Shown here piece by piece: positions 1 to 12,074 of a stretch of DNA of 64,000 nt (its first letter is position 1; every line of letters begins with the position of its first letter). The position numbers were made by a program, and so were the translations under genes. Under the pieces are notes generated by a model. That model was not told the DNA's origin and made no database searches. It worked only from the letters and a program-made list of their open reading frames with translations. Source of the DNA: Octopus sinensis (Eukaryota); contig NC_043008.1 in assembly GCF_006345805.1 (NCBI RefSeq), forward strand, positions 76,198,001-76,262,000, read 5' to 3'.

Positions 1-459
1 TGTACTCCAGGAATTTCTTTGTGTCCGTAGAATTTATAAAATATATGAGAGAAAGCAAATAGAAACACATGACTCTTTATTCGTAGCCACTATACTCGTT
101 TCGATCGATGAGATGAGATGCTATACAAAGAGTTTTGATCCATCATAGGTGCATAAGGAACCAAGAGATAACGGATACTTCTTCGCAAGTAAGCAATAGA
201 ATAAAGTATACAACGATTAAAGAATATAGAATCAAAGGAATAATAAATTAATGAAATAAAAGGTAAATCACCGATAATAAGACACCGAGGGAAATAAAAA
301 GATATAAATGAGATCAGAGTATAACAAAAATTGAACAATCGAACATTTATAGTGACTTTTACATTTCATGAAAACAAATTATCTAACATATCCATATAAA
401 CATATATGTTTACACATATGAGATCGAGAGAATTTTCATATAGAAAAAACTTAGTAACG

Positions 460-543
460 CTCTTCAACATCCGAGATATTTTGCATCGAAAATTCACCCC
501 CTCCAGGGCCAGACCGTCAATCAAGAGTTCTACTGCGAAGTTT
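460..543 (+). pseudogene. mariner transposase fragment
   Basis: Manual translation LFNIRDILHRKFTP/QGQTVNQEFYCEV (one frameshift) matches the mariner core segment (FFDIRGIVHREFVPxGQTVNxxFYxEVL). Confidence 0.7.
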
Positions 544-1838
544 ATTCGTTAACTTGTGTGGAACATTCAGAACTCCGGAGATTATGGATGAGTTGATGTT
601 TGATGTTGGTGGCCATTTCTCCTATACGACGGGAAATTGTTTTATTATTAAGTGAAATTGTCATGATAACTGTATCAAGCTTTTTATGCATTACTATCAG
701 GTCGAATTAATATGTAAGTCATACCGACCATGCGACCAGTAACGTAATTTTGTACGACGCAATCATCCCGTTATTTTCCGGCTTTCTGAAATTTTGAAAT
801 CAACGTTTTCCGCTTTCGAATGAAGTTGTAAAAAAATTGACAAAGCTTTTTCCTTCTGGTCAGGATGTTTAGAATATAAATGATATTTTAAGCGTGAATA
901 TTTCATGGTTTTATTGTTTAAAGTTTAGTCGCACACAAGTAATTTACTCTTCTGAGGTGAAGCAATAAACCCATAAGACAATTAATCAATGCGATATTCA
1001 CGTCAAATTTTCTTAATTGGAGACATTTGAGTATTTTAAAATCCTAAAATACAAGTAAGTAGTAGGGACAACCAAATGTTTTTAAACAAGTTATACTATT
1101 ACTCGAAATCTGTTTTCAGTAATCCACAAATACGAGAGTGCTGCAGTCGCTTGGTGATCAATACAATCCAAGAACTTCAATTGGCTGTCTGTTTATATGA
1201 GCATGTGCATTGAGCTGTGGATAGGTCCCTTTTTGGGATTTTCATATTTTGTCTTGTTTTCTGCACCCCCGTGTATCAATTATATAAGTGATCTCTCGGT
1301 ACTGGCGGTGTGGATGAGATTATCCCGAGCTCATTTCTTACGACTACTGGCAAAGTTGTTCTTGGTCTTCCCTTATATAATCTACATTTTAAAACAAATG
1401 CTGTTTAGTCCGAACTAACTAAATCTTATTGAGAATGCTATTATGGAAGCTCATAGTATGATAACTGTATAATAACTGCATACAATATAAAATCATAATG
1501 ATATTTATTCTCCGATTTTGAAGCGACAATTTTTCAATATAAACAAATAACCGAAAAACGATGAGCTAACGTCAGGCTGAATCGAACCCACAAATTGATG
1601 CCTTCATGCGAATTTGATTGGCCAAACGCTTGCCCATTAATTTCAGTCAAATTTTAGTTAATACATACTTAAACTGTTTTAATACTACATAAATAATATT
1701 TTTATAAACAGACCCTTTGATTTTTTTTTTTAAGTAGCATTTGATAAAATAAATTCTTAATACTCAGATTCCTATATCACCCACCGTTTTCTGTTTAGTT
1801 GTTCATCACACATCTAACATTTAAAATCGTTTTTCATT

Positions 1839-1970
1839 ATGGAAGATGATTTATTGGCCTGCAACAATATTAATGGTCAGATGGAAGGTTTTGGTATTGG
1901 ATACGAAGCCAGTCACTGGAAGCTGTTCATAGATTCATCAAAATCTAGTCTAAAAGGCGTCTTGCAGCAT
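1839..1970 (+). pseudogene. DNA transposase fragment with WxLFIDSS motif (Chapaev3/CMC-like; family assignment from recall, uncertain)
   Basis: Manual translation MEDDLLACNNINGQMEGFGIGYEASHWKLFIDSSKSSLKGVLQH; truncated by the SINE at 1983. Confidence 0.65.
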
Positions 1971-1982
1971 TAGCTTTTTTTA

Positions 1983-2131
1983 GTTTCCGTCTACCAAATC
2001 CACTCACAAGGATTTGGTAGGCGCGAGGCTATAGTAGAAGACACATGCACAAGGTGACACGCAGTGGGGCTGAACCCGGAACCATGTGTTTGGGAAGCAA
2101 GCTTCGTACCACACAGCCTTGCCTGCACCTG
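1983..2131 (-). mobile_element. tRNA-derived SINE (octopus-type family A)
   Basis: Minus strand reads ggctgtgtggtacgaagcttgcttccc...ggttccgggttcagccccactgc...gtgagtggatttggtagacggaaact, with pol III A/B box-like motifs; a related copy lies at 25528. Confidence 0.8.
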
Positions 2132-3466
2132 CAGAAATATTTATATCATTCAGTAGGAAAACAAAATTAATTTAGAAGGCTTCATTTACGTATCAACAGC
2201 TTGTTCAATGAATATTTCTTACAAGTTTTAAAAGTGCTTGACTAGGAAAATCACCTGCCTTTTACTTCAATATATAAATGTTCACAGCACAACCACCTCT
2301 TATGACTGCTGGAACAATATTGAAGGACAATGGAACTGTGAGTGGGGTAAAAAACACATTGCCGCAAGCCTGTTGGAACCTGTTGTGGCACATAAAACTA
2401 ACAAAGTAGAACTAACAGTTTTAACCATGTTCTAACTATGATATTAATTATCAACGACCTTAAATTAGTTCGAAATTGCTACCCTGTCTCAGAAGCATTT
2501 TGGTTGTTGACCAGTGTTATCAAGTAAGACAAGACTACTACAACTTCTACATTCTATTAATGATACTGACAATAATTACCTTTGTACAGGTACACTGTTC
2601 CCTCTTCTTTGTATCTATGGTAACTTATATGTAGTCGAATGAAACTATTAAATAATATAACAGAAAGAAAACAGCCGTGAAGTACCATTTCATATGAAGT
2701 GATATGGTATATTCAAACCGATGACATTGTGGAACTATTGAAATATGTTATGGTTCTTGGTAAGAGATGATTTCGCTGTTGTAGGCTTCTATTTATGAAC
2801 GTGTGTTAAAACGACGCTTGTAATAAATGGGCTTTCTATCGAAGTCGACATATGTCGATATTGCATTTGTCATAAATACATTCAGTTATCAACGGTTCTT
2901 TCCACCTAGTTGTATGCAGGAACAAGCTTGTATATAACCCAACTCAGTAGCAGCAATATATTTTAAAAGTAGAGAAGACGAAATTAAATCTTTGACCCTT
3001 GAAGCGCTAGGGTTTATCGCATAACCACATTTTTATTTTATTTTCTAGAAACGAAAAGATGCCTGGAAAAGAAAGGATGTCTATAAAAGAAAGAAGATAT
3101 AATACGAGGACTTGGGAAGCAGATTAGATGTTTTCATTGCAATTGTGGTCTAATCTTCATCCTACCAAGAAGGAAATGAAATGTTAACAGTTCTTCGTCA
3201 TTAGATTAAATGTGGTATTCTTCCTCGAATCTAAATAATTCTTTGAATCACAAAATATAAAGAAATGTTTTATCGCATTAAACAAATGCGATACAAGTAT
3301 GATCTTAGATGGCATCCTGGTGTATTGCAGGCTTCATTAAGAATGGAAACAAGTGAACATCTTACTGTATAACATAATAAATTGATTTATATACCACTTT
3401 TTAGCTTGGTTGGGTGTGTTGGTCAAAATAAAGGTATTGATGACGAACTCAATACAGAGCGAGATA

Positions 3467-4751
3467 CGATGGGCGTTCAATAAGTAGTGCCTCTGACCCA
3501 CTTCCCATAGCAGTAGAGCAACGAAACTTGGCACATTTACTAGTCTTTCTCTACACAGGAACCACCCAGAGTTACGCATTTCTCCCATTGTTTGCTGCAG
3601 CTCTGGAGACCGTATTTGTAGAAGACCCCAGCTTGGTCCTCCAACCACAACGTGACTTCAGAAATCAAGGCTGCATCATCTGGGAAACGCTTTCCTTTCA
3701 AAAACAACTTCATGGCTGAGAAGAGGTGAAAATCAGAGTGTGCAAGGTCAGGAGAGTAGGGGGGATGGGGGAGGAGTTCATAGCCGCATGCCTGTGCTTC
3801 TGATCTGGCGAAACGCGAGTTGTGGACCGGAGCGTTGTCCTGCAGGAGGAGGATGCCTTTGCTGATCTTGCCCCTTGATTTTGATAGCTTCTCGTAATTT
3901 CCTCAAAAGTGAAGCATAATAGGCTCCTATAATTGTGGTACCCTTTGCTAGGAAATCTGTCATCACTACTCCGTCCTGGTCCCAGGAGACTGTGAGCATG
4001 ACCTTGCCAGCGGAGGGCTGCACCCTTGCTTTCTTTGCAGGAGGTGAGTCACGGTACTTCCACTGCATTGACTGGGCTTTGGTCTCTGGATCATAGTGAT
4101 AGAGCCTGATTTCATTCTGTGTAATCAGTCTTTTGAAAACTTTTGACTCATCTTCTTGACACATCTCCAAATTCATCCTTGAGCACACGACGCGTTCTTG
4201 CTTCTGGAAAGGTGTGAGCAACCTGGAAATCCATCTGGCAGACACCTTTTGCATATGCAAATGGTCATGAATGATAGTTTCCACAGACCCGGTACTAATC
4301 TTGACCTCATGGGCTATTTGGCGAATAGTTATGCGTCGATCTTCCAAAATGGCAGCCTCAACTTGACAGACAGATGCCTAATCAATGGCAGAAGTGGGGC
4401 GACCAAGTCTGGGAGCTGTTTCCACAGAGTTTCAACCATGTTTGAATTCTCGATGCCAACGTTTTACAAGGGCATATGATGAGGCATCATCACCATAAGT
4501 TACTTTCATTTCATCAAAGGTCTCCCGTGGTGTGCGTCCTTTCAAATACAAAAACCGAATCACTGCTCGACACTCAACAGGCTCCATTTTAGACTTGAAT
4601 CTGTTCAAACACCTGTAAATCAGAAACCACAATTAATTCAGAGCTAATTGGCCACTTCATCTATAGAGATATTGATAATTCCATATGCAAAATTTCAGCT
4701 AGATCAAACAACTGCAAGTGGTCAGGGGCATTACTTATTGAACGTCCCTCG
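3467..4751 (-). mobile_element. Full-length (1285 bp) decayed mariner (DD34D) element
   Basis: TIRs cgatgggcgttcaataagtagtgcctctgacc (3467) and cgagggacgttcaataagtaatgcccctgacc (rc, ends 4751), 4 mismatches in 32; TA on both outer sides. Frameshifted transposase: MEPVECRAVIRFLYLKG..., WISRLLT, ITQNE..YHYDPETK, HPPYSPDLAHSDFHLF. Confidence 0.95.
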
Positions 4752-5053
4752 TATATTAACTGTAGGGCCACTCTGAGTGTAAATGGTCACTATTCTCAGC
4801 ATTCTCACTCTAAATAAAACAATGGTTTGAAAGATAGTGACTATTGATTAATGGTGATCAATATTTTTCACTAGAGAGATGGAGTATAGGGTAATATGCC
4901 TTGTGTTTATTTACCTCCTATTACATTAGTATTCGCTTCGTCTTTCATATTTGTGGAGTTGAGAAAATATATACAAATCAGGCACTTAATAGAAGCGAAT
5001 TGACTCTATTCTTCCAAAATCTATAGCCTGATCCCTTAGATTAAAATCAATAT

Positions 5054-5620
5054 TTGCATTACAACCAGCACAACCACACCCAGCAACGTAACCGCATATA
5101 CCGCAATCATCATCGCCGCTGTCGTCGTCGTAATCATCACCATCATCATCATCATCATCATTGTTATCACAGAAACCATCACCACCATCAATTACACTAT
5201 CGGTATTATCATCACTCCGCTACAACAAGCATCACCACCACTGCTACCGCCGAAACTAAGAACTCTATCACAACCATCATCACTGCCACCATCACTAGCA
5301 TATCAGTATCATCGCTATCTTCACAACAACTATTACAACCAACACCATTATATCGTCATCATCACCATTAATACCATCATTATGACTATCAACACCATCA
5401 TCACCATAGTGCCCCACCCTATTAACGCAATCATCATGACTTTTAACACCATCACCGCCATTATTACCATCGTCACCGCGTTTACAAATTTACACCAGAA
5501 TCACCACCACTTCTACCGTGACCCTTATTGCTACTCTCACCTACCACCATCACCACTATTACTGCCCAAATCATCCCACCACTTATCTCAAATAATTTCG
5601 GAAGCCGCATATATCTATTA
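5054..5620. repeat. Degenerate (CAT/CAC/ACC)n low-complexity tract
   Basis: Runs of catcatcat/caccatcac; the His/Thr-rich ORFs are compositional artefacts. Confidence 0.85.
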
Positions 5621-5877
5621 TCGCCATGATAGTTATATAACTATATAACTATCGAATGGCACCTTTTACAAGACTGTATGTTTGGAATGACCAAATATAA
5701 ACACCATTGGAACTCACACACAAGGTACAGGAAACTTATATATACACCATTCTGCTTAAATAATGGAACTGCAAATACAATATCCTTACGTATCTCAATT
5801 CTATTTTCATTCCTTCACTTCCCTCTGTATTTCATATCTGCTCTACAATAATTATTACTTAAACATTTTCTTGCGCC

Positions 5878-5925
5878 GTCTCAGATGAAGAGATATATGA
5901 AATATACCGGAAAGAGCTGTGAGAC
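5878..5925 (+). ncRNA. Degenerate hammerhead-like motif (probably inactive)
   Basis: gtct|cAgatga-ag|agatatat-gaa-atatacc-g|gaa|agagctgt|g|agac: stem I gtct/agac, stem II tatat/atata, near-palindromic stem III; U4->A and G at the cleavage position. Confidence 0.4.
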
Positions 5926-6121
5926 ATATTTCTAAATGTTCTTAAAACTATTCACTGCCTTGGATTTTTTAATCTCATTCTTTTAATTATCATATATATA
6001 CATGCTAGTATATGACCCATGTTGGACTCCCCCTTCGTATCAGCTTAACTGTCCATAATACTTACACAGCGTTACCTGACACCTTTGGGTCTTCTTGACA
6101 CCAATTCCCCCTCATACCCTC

Positions 6122-6124
<3 letters not shown>

Positions 6125-6197
<73 letters not shown>
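6125..6197. repeat. (TA)n(TG)n microsatellite
   Basis: Direct inspection. Confidence 0.95.
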
Positions 6198-6201
<4 letters not shown>

Positions 6202-6367
6202 CCCTTGTTAACAATTAGCACGGAAAAATATATAAATAGTTACCAGGGTTGCAAAAAATTCACACAAGTAAAAAGGTTGTAACTCCATGTTTTTAAAGGT
6301 AAATCTTCGGGTTTACGTGAAATATTTTGTATAATATATATAAATAAATAAATGGAGTTAAACGGGG

Positions 6368-7010
6368 GTGTTATTCAAATTCTTTTACTTCCGCCACATG
6401 TTTCCTTTGCAGTTTCGTGAGGCTAATATTTGGAATTTTCCAAAGAATTCTAGATATTACTCTATTATCAACTCACACACGGTTAAGATTGATTTTTCCA
6501 ACACAAAATATCTCTTACAAATTATCTCTTCGCATAATATTAACCTGTTAAATATTGATACATTTACTAATACTAATATTAATTTTGCTAATACCATCCC
6601 TCCCCCTAGAAATATTAATAACAAGGTTATTGTATATGAAGTCAATTACAACAGAATCAAGTTTATGTCATGTAACTCTAAAATTTAAAATTCTATATAC
6701 CAGTATAAAGTTACTACTGGTAATGAAGTATGTTTATATTGGAGCACATCTTCTCAGTTATTTTAAAGAATTTGTAATCGTTACTCTACATTTAGGGATA
6801 GGAATAATTGTTACAGTACAGGGCTTAGTAAATTAATTTGTGATCTAAAAGACGTCAATATACAATATAATTTAGATTGGTTGATTCTCTCAATCTCGAT
6901 ACCTTACTACAAAGGCAAGGAATTATGTCTACTCTGTAATTCTGAACTATATTTTATCCTTTTTTTCAAAACAATCTCCTTGTTAACATGGTTGTAGAGC
7001 ATGCATACTG
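6368..7010 (+). pseudogene. Penelope-like element C-terminal fragment (RT thumb-linker-GIY-YIG; Naiad-like pattern)
   Basis: FPKNSRYYSIINSHTVKIDFSNTKYLLQIISSHN; SIYQYKV...YVYIG (frameshift); STGLSKLICDLK..IQYNLDWLIL..PYYKGKELCLLCNSELYFIL match the PLE GIY-YIG pattern (STxLSxxIWxLK..W.I..Y...CxLCxxE). Confidence 0.75.
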
Positions 7011-7339
7011 ATGTAAACATTGGCAGAATCACAATTTTAGTTCATATAAGTGATATCTATCATTATATATAATTTAAACATTAATTTTCTTCTTACATTT
7101 CACATTCACTAGATATATCTTTTTCCAAGTCTATATGGCTTTATTTAATATACATATAGTTGTATACTTCTCATTTATTTAGTTTTTCTTTCCTTTATCC
7201 CTCCTCTTTCTATAGGCTACCTCTGACGTTATATACTAAAGGTTTTTTTTTAAAACAAACATAATAGCGTTCAGTTAATCACTATACATATCCATCATTT
7301 TCTGTTACGATATCTTATTGACGAGTTTCCTTTCTTCAT

Positions 7340-7423
7340 TTCCCTGAAGAGAAGATTACATTATTTTACGCCATTTTATTCCTTTGGAAAATACCATTGA
7401 TATCTTAGAAACATGTGTCGGAA
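7340..7423 (+). ncRNA. Type I hammerhead ribozyme motif with long stem II, 3' of the PLE fragment
   Basis: ttcc|CTGAAGA|g-aagat...(long loop)...atctt-a|GAA|acatgt-GTC|ggaa: intact core, GUC triplet, stem I ttcc/ggaa. Confidence 0.6.
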
Positions 7424-7455
7424 GTAAAAGAATTTGAAAAATACCTGCGTTTAAC

Positions 7456-7477
7456 TCTCTCTCTCTTTCTCTCTCTT

Positions 7478-7508
<31 letters not shown>

Positions 7509-7511
7509 TTC

Positions 7512-7594
<83 letters not shown>

Positions 7595-7595
7595 G
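7456..7595. repeat. (CT)n(TA)n microsatellite
   Basis: Direct inspection. Confidence 0.95.
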
Positions 7596-7789
7596 TGAGA
7601 GACAGACAGAGAGACAGAGACAGACAGAAACAGAGAAAGTAATAAACAGAAAAATACACACATAATTGTGTATGTGTAGTTAGTGTGTTTGTGCATGCGT
7701 GTTGGTATGGACATATAAACATTTTTCCTCGTGTGTCGTATGTGTGTTAGCATGTGTTATGTGATTGAATGTGATCATGCGCTTGCGTA

Positions 7790-7898
7790 TACATGTATAT
7801 AAATACACATATTTATACACAATATATCCACACATATGTATATACATATATACATATATATATATATATGTGTGTGTATGTATAAATATGTATATACA

Positions 7899-7945
<47 letters not shown>
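7790..7945. repeat. (TA)n-rich microsatellite
   Basis: Direct inspection. Confidence 0.9.
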
Positions 7946-7948
<3 letters not shown>

Positions 7949-10589
7949 GTTAATATATCCTTAAATATATTTTTATGTGCTTGCATGACTGTGCATATAC
8001 TCTCTGAGAATAATATTCCCGTGTTTAAATCATCAGTCAAAATTTTTATCGAATTCTTATTGCCTCTATTGTTATTGATAATGTTGATACTATCATCTTT
8101 ATTTTACATTTTATGTCCCTCTTTTGGAACTTTATTATATTTTCCGATATTTTATCCCGCTTAACATTTTATATTTTATCATTCTATTATTACCTTTTAG
8201 AATCTCCTCATTATTTTATTATATCGTTATTCTATAACATTATTTTATCATTATTGTCATTTATTACTGTATATTGCACTACACTGCAAACCAAATCAAC
8301 GCATGCCAAATAAGTTTCTCTATTATACGATCGTACCCCACCATGAGACCAACTAACTGGAAGACCACATTTATAACATCCCCATAAAACCCACACGTCT
8401 CAACTAACCAAACCACAAGCTCTAGTGTTGTTAACAATACTTTCGCACCCACGTAACTCAACTTTGAACCGAATGTGCAATCATTTATGTTTGTACTGAC
8501 CGTTGGGAGTTCTATCCTATATATGTTTTTAAGAGATTTCAGTTAAAATATTTGTTTATCCTGCACATACCTTCATAAGTTGTTCAAATCATGTTTAGAT
8601 TGAATTTCTCGGTGAAGATTAATAAGAGTTTGACAACTATTGAACAATAACATTTAATTAAAATCTTTTTTTTAATATTCTACGGAATAAGAATATTCAT
8701 TGAACAATATTTTGCCTAATATGCTCTGACAAGTTGTGTATAACAATGATACGGAAGATTTTACTGAAACTATTTATAATATGTCTCGTACGGTACGACC
8801 AGTTAAAAGTTGCCTGCCATATAGTGAAAGTCTCGTTAGTTACTATGGTGACAACACTTTATTTATCTATCTATCTGTCTATCTTTCACCCGCACACAAA
8901 AACACACGCACTCTCTATCGCTCTCTTTCTCTCTCTCTCTCAATCTATTTCTCTCTCAACAACAAGCTGTCATTAAAGTGAAAGTCTTTTTTAATGTTAG
9001 TGTTGCATTGTTTATATGTTGAACGACCTATAGAAACACACGCACATACATACACAAACACACACACATACACGCGCGCGCGCACACAAGCCCCAAAATA
9101 ACTGTATATATATATGTATGTAATTGTGACGGAGAAATGCCATGACCTCATATGATTCGGCCAATTAAGAGTAGAATGGCAAGGTCTTCTTGAAATCTGG
9201 GTTGTATTCTGTTATCAGCACTTAAATTACCCGCGTTTTTAAACAAATTTTGTTAGCTACCTATCAATTTTTGATACACGCACACACGCACCCACACACA
9301 TTCTTTCTATCTATCTATCTCTTTCTATCCCTTTCTCTCCCTGTATTTCTCTCAACAACAGCAACCTTTTGTCCTCCTCCTTCCTTTTACATATATGTTG
9401 CGAGAGAGGTTATCTCCTCTTTCTATAATTATGCTGTGACAGACAGCCAAACGAAGATTGGATTGTCTTTTATAAAATGAGATTTTTATTGTCTACATGA
9501 TTTTCGTTATTAAATTTTGAGTAGATATTCTACCTATATTATGACACTGCGTGTATATTACCATTTACTTGACGAATAGAAACCTAGAATTGAAAGTAGT
9601 AGCCAGTAACATTTCATTTTGGAATTTATCTATATAAAAGTGCGTGGGTGGGTGTGCACGCGCACGCATGTGGTGTATGACTGCTAATTAATTTTTAATG
9701 AGATTTTGTATATTTGTGACATCAGTGACTGAAAATATGTTAATATTTTATATATCGTAACAGTGAGATACTACTAGCATGCGATGATCGATGGTATCCA
9801 GTGAATGTTCAACAGACCGAAATCATGTGATATGGGTTCTCTTTTACCCATGATGGGCGAATTCCGTCTGCTATGATCTATATGAGTAGTTTTATTCACC
9901 CAGCGCCGAAATCAGAGGGCCTCTTGAGACTAGTTACGCAGCATTCGATGTTCTAACATGGCATCTACGTTAAGATGGATATAATGTTCAGCTTATATAT
10001 ATTTGTGTATTTATAAAGAAGATGAGGGGTTTACTACACTGGTGATCTAAACGAATAGGTACTAGGTATCTGTAGTAGGCTTCCGAGTTAGCAGGTGTAT
10101 ATTAGAAGAAAAGGGGATAACAAAACCAAGGCAGGAAGAATACCTCAAGTGATTTAGAATATTCAATTAGAATAAGGTGAATTTGAAGTAACTGATTAAC
10201 TAAGTTGTTAGTCAATTAACCAATTAATTATTGGATATCTTTCAACGGTTTCTTGGATATCCCATGTGATAGGTTAGCATTTCCATACATTGGAAAAAGA
10301 ATGAAATAGTAGATAGAAGAATAAGGAATAAAACAGTGTAATAGAAGAATACAGACCAGAGAATAAAGTTCACAGCTCATCTTCTTCAGAGTATGGGAGT
10401 TAGTTTGTACTTCTGTGAAGGTATAGATAAATATTTATATGTATCTAATAGCAAAAACACCACCGTTCGGATGGCTTTTTATATTAGTATGTGTCATGTT
10501 TATTTGTACGAAAATGGATTAGTTCTCGATTCTCGGATTTCTCTGAAATACGAGAAAGGAATGCGTGCGCATTGTTATATAAAGGCTTA

Positions 10590-10810
10590 TATTTTCCAGG
10601 AAATTCTTTCTTGTATAACCAACATCGAATTATTAAAGAATATTTGGTGGAGGAGGATGCCGTGTGCAGTCATACCTAACCTGCAAAGTATCATATATTG
10701 AGCAAACAATCTTGAAAATTTGAAGTATGTAAAAATATTGTCAAAGAACCTATCTGCATTACGTGGCTTATAAAAGACGGGAGAGCCTGTTCTGAAAGCC
10801 ATCGAAATTG
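10590..10810 (+). pseudogene. Possible highly decayed PLE GIY-YIG relic
   Basis: LYFPGNS...; LTCKVSYIEQT followed by KFEV in the adjacent frame resembles C..C..YIGQTxR; weak. Confidence 0.3.
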
Positions 10811-10842
10811 GCATTCATTTCTATTCTTAAAGAGTAAACAAG

Positions 10843-10847
<5 letters not shown>

Positions 10848-10917
<70 letters not shown>
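10848..10917. repeat. (GA)n microsatellite
   Basis: Direct inspection. Confidence 0.97.
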
Positions 10918-10919
<2 letters not shown>

Positions 10920-11247
10920 CAGAAATAAGGAAAATGTCCCTTGTATTTGGATACTATGCAAATATTCTTTTAGAAACTTTTCTTTAAATTTTTCCAAAAT
11001 TTAATCGTTTTCGATACTTACAGTTGATAAAGTATCAATGACTGAAACCGGTACTGAAATGTTTCTTATAAAATTATTTTAGCATTTTCTATCTTAAGTC
11101 TATTTTCCATACATATACATATATATATATATATATAATATATATATATAACGAGAAGCTTTATGAAAATAGACAAAAGACGAAGGCAGGTGGAAAACAA
11201 ACAAACAATTGTATTAGTATGGCGCTCAGGAAATATAATAAAACAAG

Positions 11248-11285
11248 TCTTTAACGTTTCGAGCCTACGCTCTTCAACAGAAAGA
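11248..11285 (-). ncRNA. Minimal PLE-type hammerhead motif with A6->U core variant
   Basis: Minus: tcttt|CTGTTGA-A|gagc-gtag-gctc|GAA|AC-GT|T|aaaga; stem I tcttt/aaaga, 4-bp stem II, palindromic ACGT stem III. Confidence 0.6.
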
Positions 11286-11454
11286 TACACAGAGAGAAAA
11301 AAACACAGAAAGAAGGAGAGAAAAAAAATGCGTGCAGTAACTAACGAATCAACATGGCGATCTGATTTCGGCCAGAAGTCAAAGATCAAACATGAGACGC
11401 GAGAGCGAAATAAGGGGAGATAATAGGGTTGATAATAGGGTTGAATGACCAGCT

Positions 11455-11790
11455 ATTAGTGCGTAGGAGGGGTCTGGTCGTGTGTATGTATAGGGTTGGT
11501 GTATGTATTAGTATGTATTAGTATGTATAAGGGTGTGTGTGTGTGTGTGTGTATGAGAGAGTATTAGTGCGTAGGATAGGTCTGGACAGGCGTATGTATG
11601 GGGTTGGTGTATGTATTAGTATGTATTAGTACATATTAGTATGTATAAGTGTGTGTGTGTGTATGAGAGAGTATAAGTGCGTATGAGGGGTCTGGACGTG
11701 TGTATGTATAGGGTTGGTGTAGTATTAGTATGTATTAGTATGTATTAGTACGTATTAGTATGTATTAGTTGGTGTATGTATTAGTATGGC
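11455..11790. repeat. ~108-bp degenerate tandem repeat (3 copies) plus tattagtatg decamers in the PLE 3' UTR
   Basis: tattagtgcgtagg...gggtctgg...gggttggtgtatgtattag recurs near 11455, 11562 and 11672. Confidence 0.85.
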
Positions 11791-12074
11791 ACATCATACA
11801 TGATGTGATGTGTAAAGTCGTGTGGTGTAGTGAGGAGAATAGGGGGAGGGGGAGAAGGGGAGGGGAAGAAGAGGGGAGGAGAGGATGGGGAGGAGGAAGG
11901 GGGAGGAGGAAAAAGGGGAAGGAAAGAGGGGAGGGGGAGAGAGAAGGGGAGTGAGGGAGCAAAGGGAAGGGGAAGAGGGAAGAAGGGAAGGGGAGTAGGG
12001 GTGAAAGGATGAAGGACTGAAGAAGTAGGGGTCGGGGGGGAATAGGGGGAGGATAGGTGAGGAGCGGGAGGGGG

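Noticed and set aside
1180-1420. LINE C-terminus (GRPRTTLP on the minus strand)
   Set aside because: A single short motif with no supporting upstream RT sequence.
6368-7010. Selenoprotein (in-frame UGA) recoding as reported for some Naiad elements
   Set aside because: The interruptions I read are TAA/TAG and frameshifts, not TGA at conserved Cys positions; no SECIS identified.
6250-7250. Mitochondrial insertion (NUMT), suggested by AT richness and a hydrophobic minus-strand ORF
   Set aside because: The plus strand matches PLE motifs; no mitochondrial gene motif recognised.
7356-8040. ORFs rich in YI/CV/ER/HT dipeptides here and throughout the window
   Set aside because: They are translations of (TA)n, (TG)n, (GA)n and (TATG)n microsatellites.
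7995-8040. Hammerhead on the minus strand (CTGATGA)
   Set aside because: No stem II pairing and GAAA is absent.
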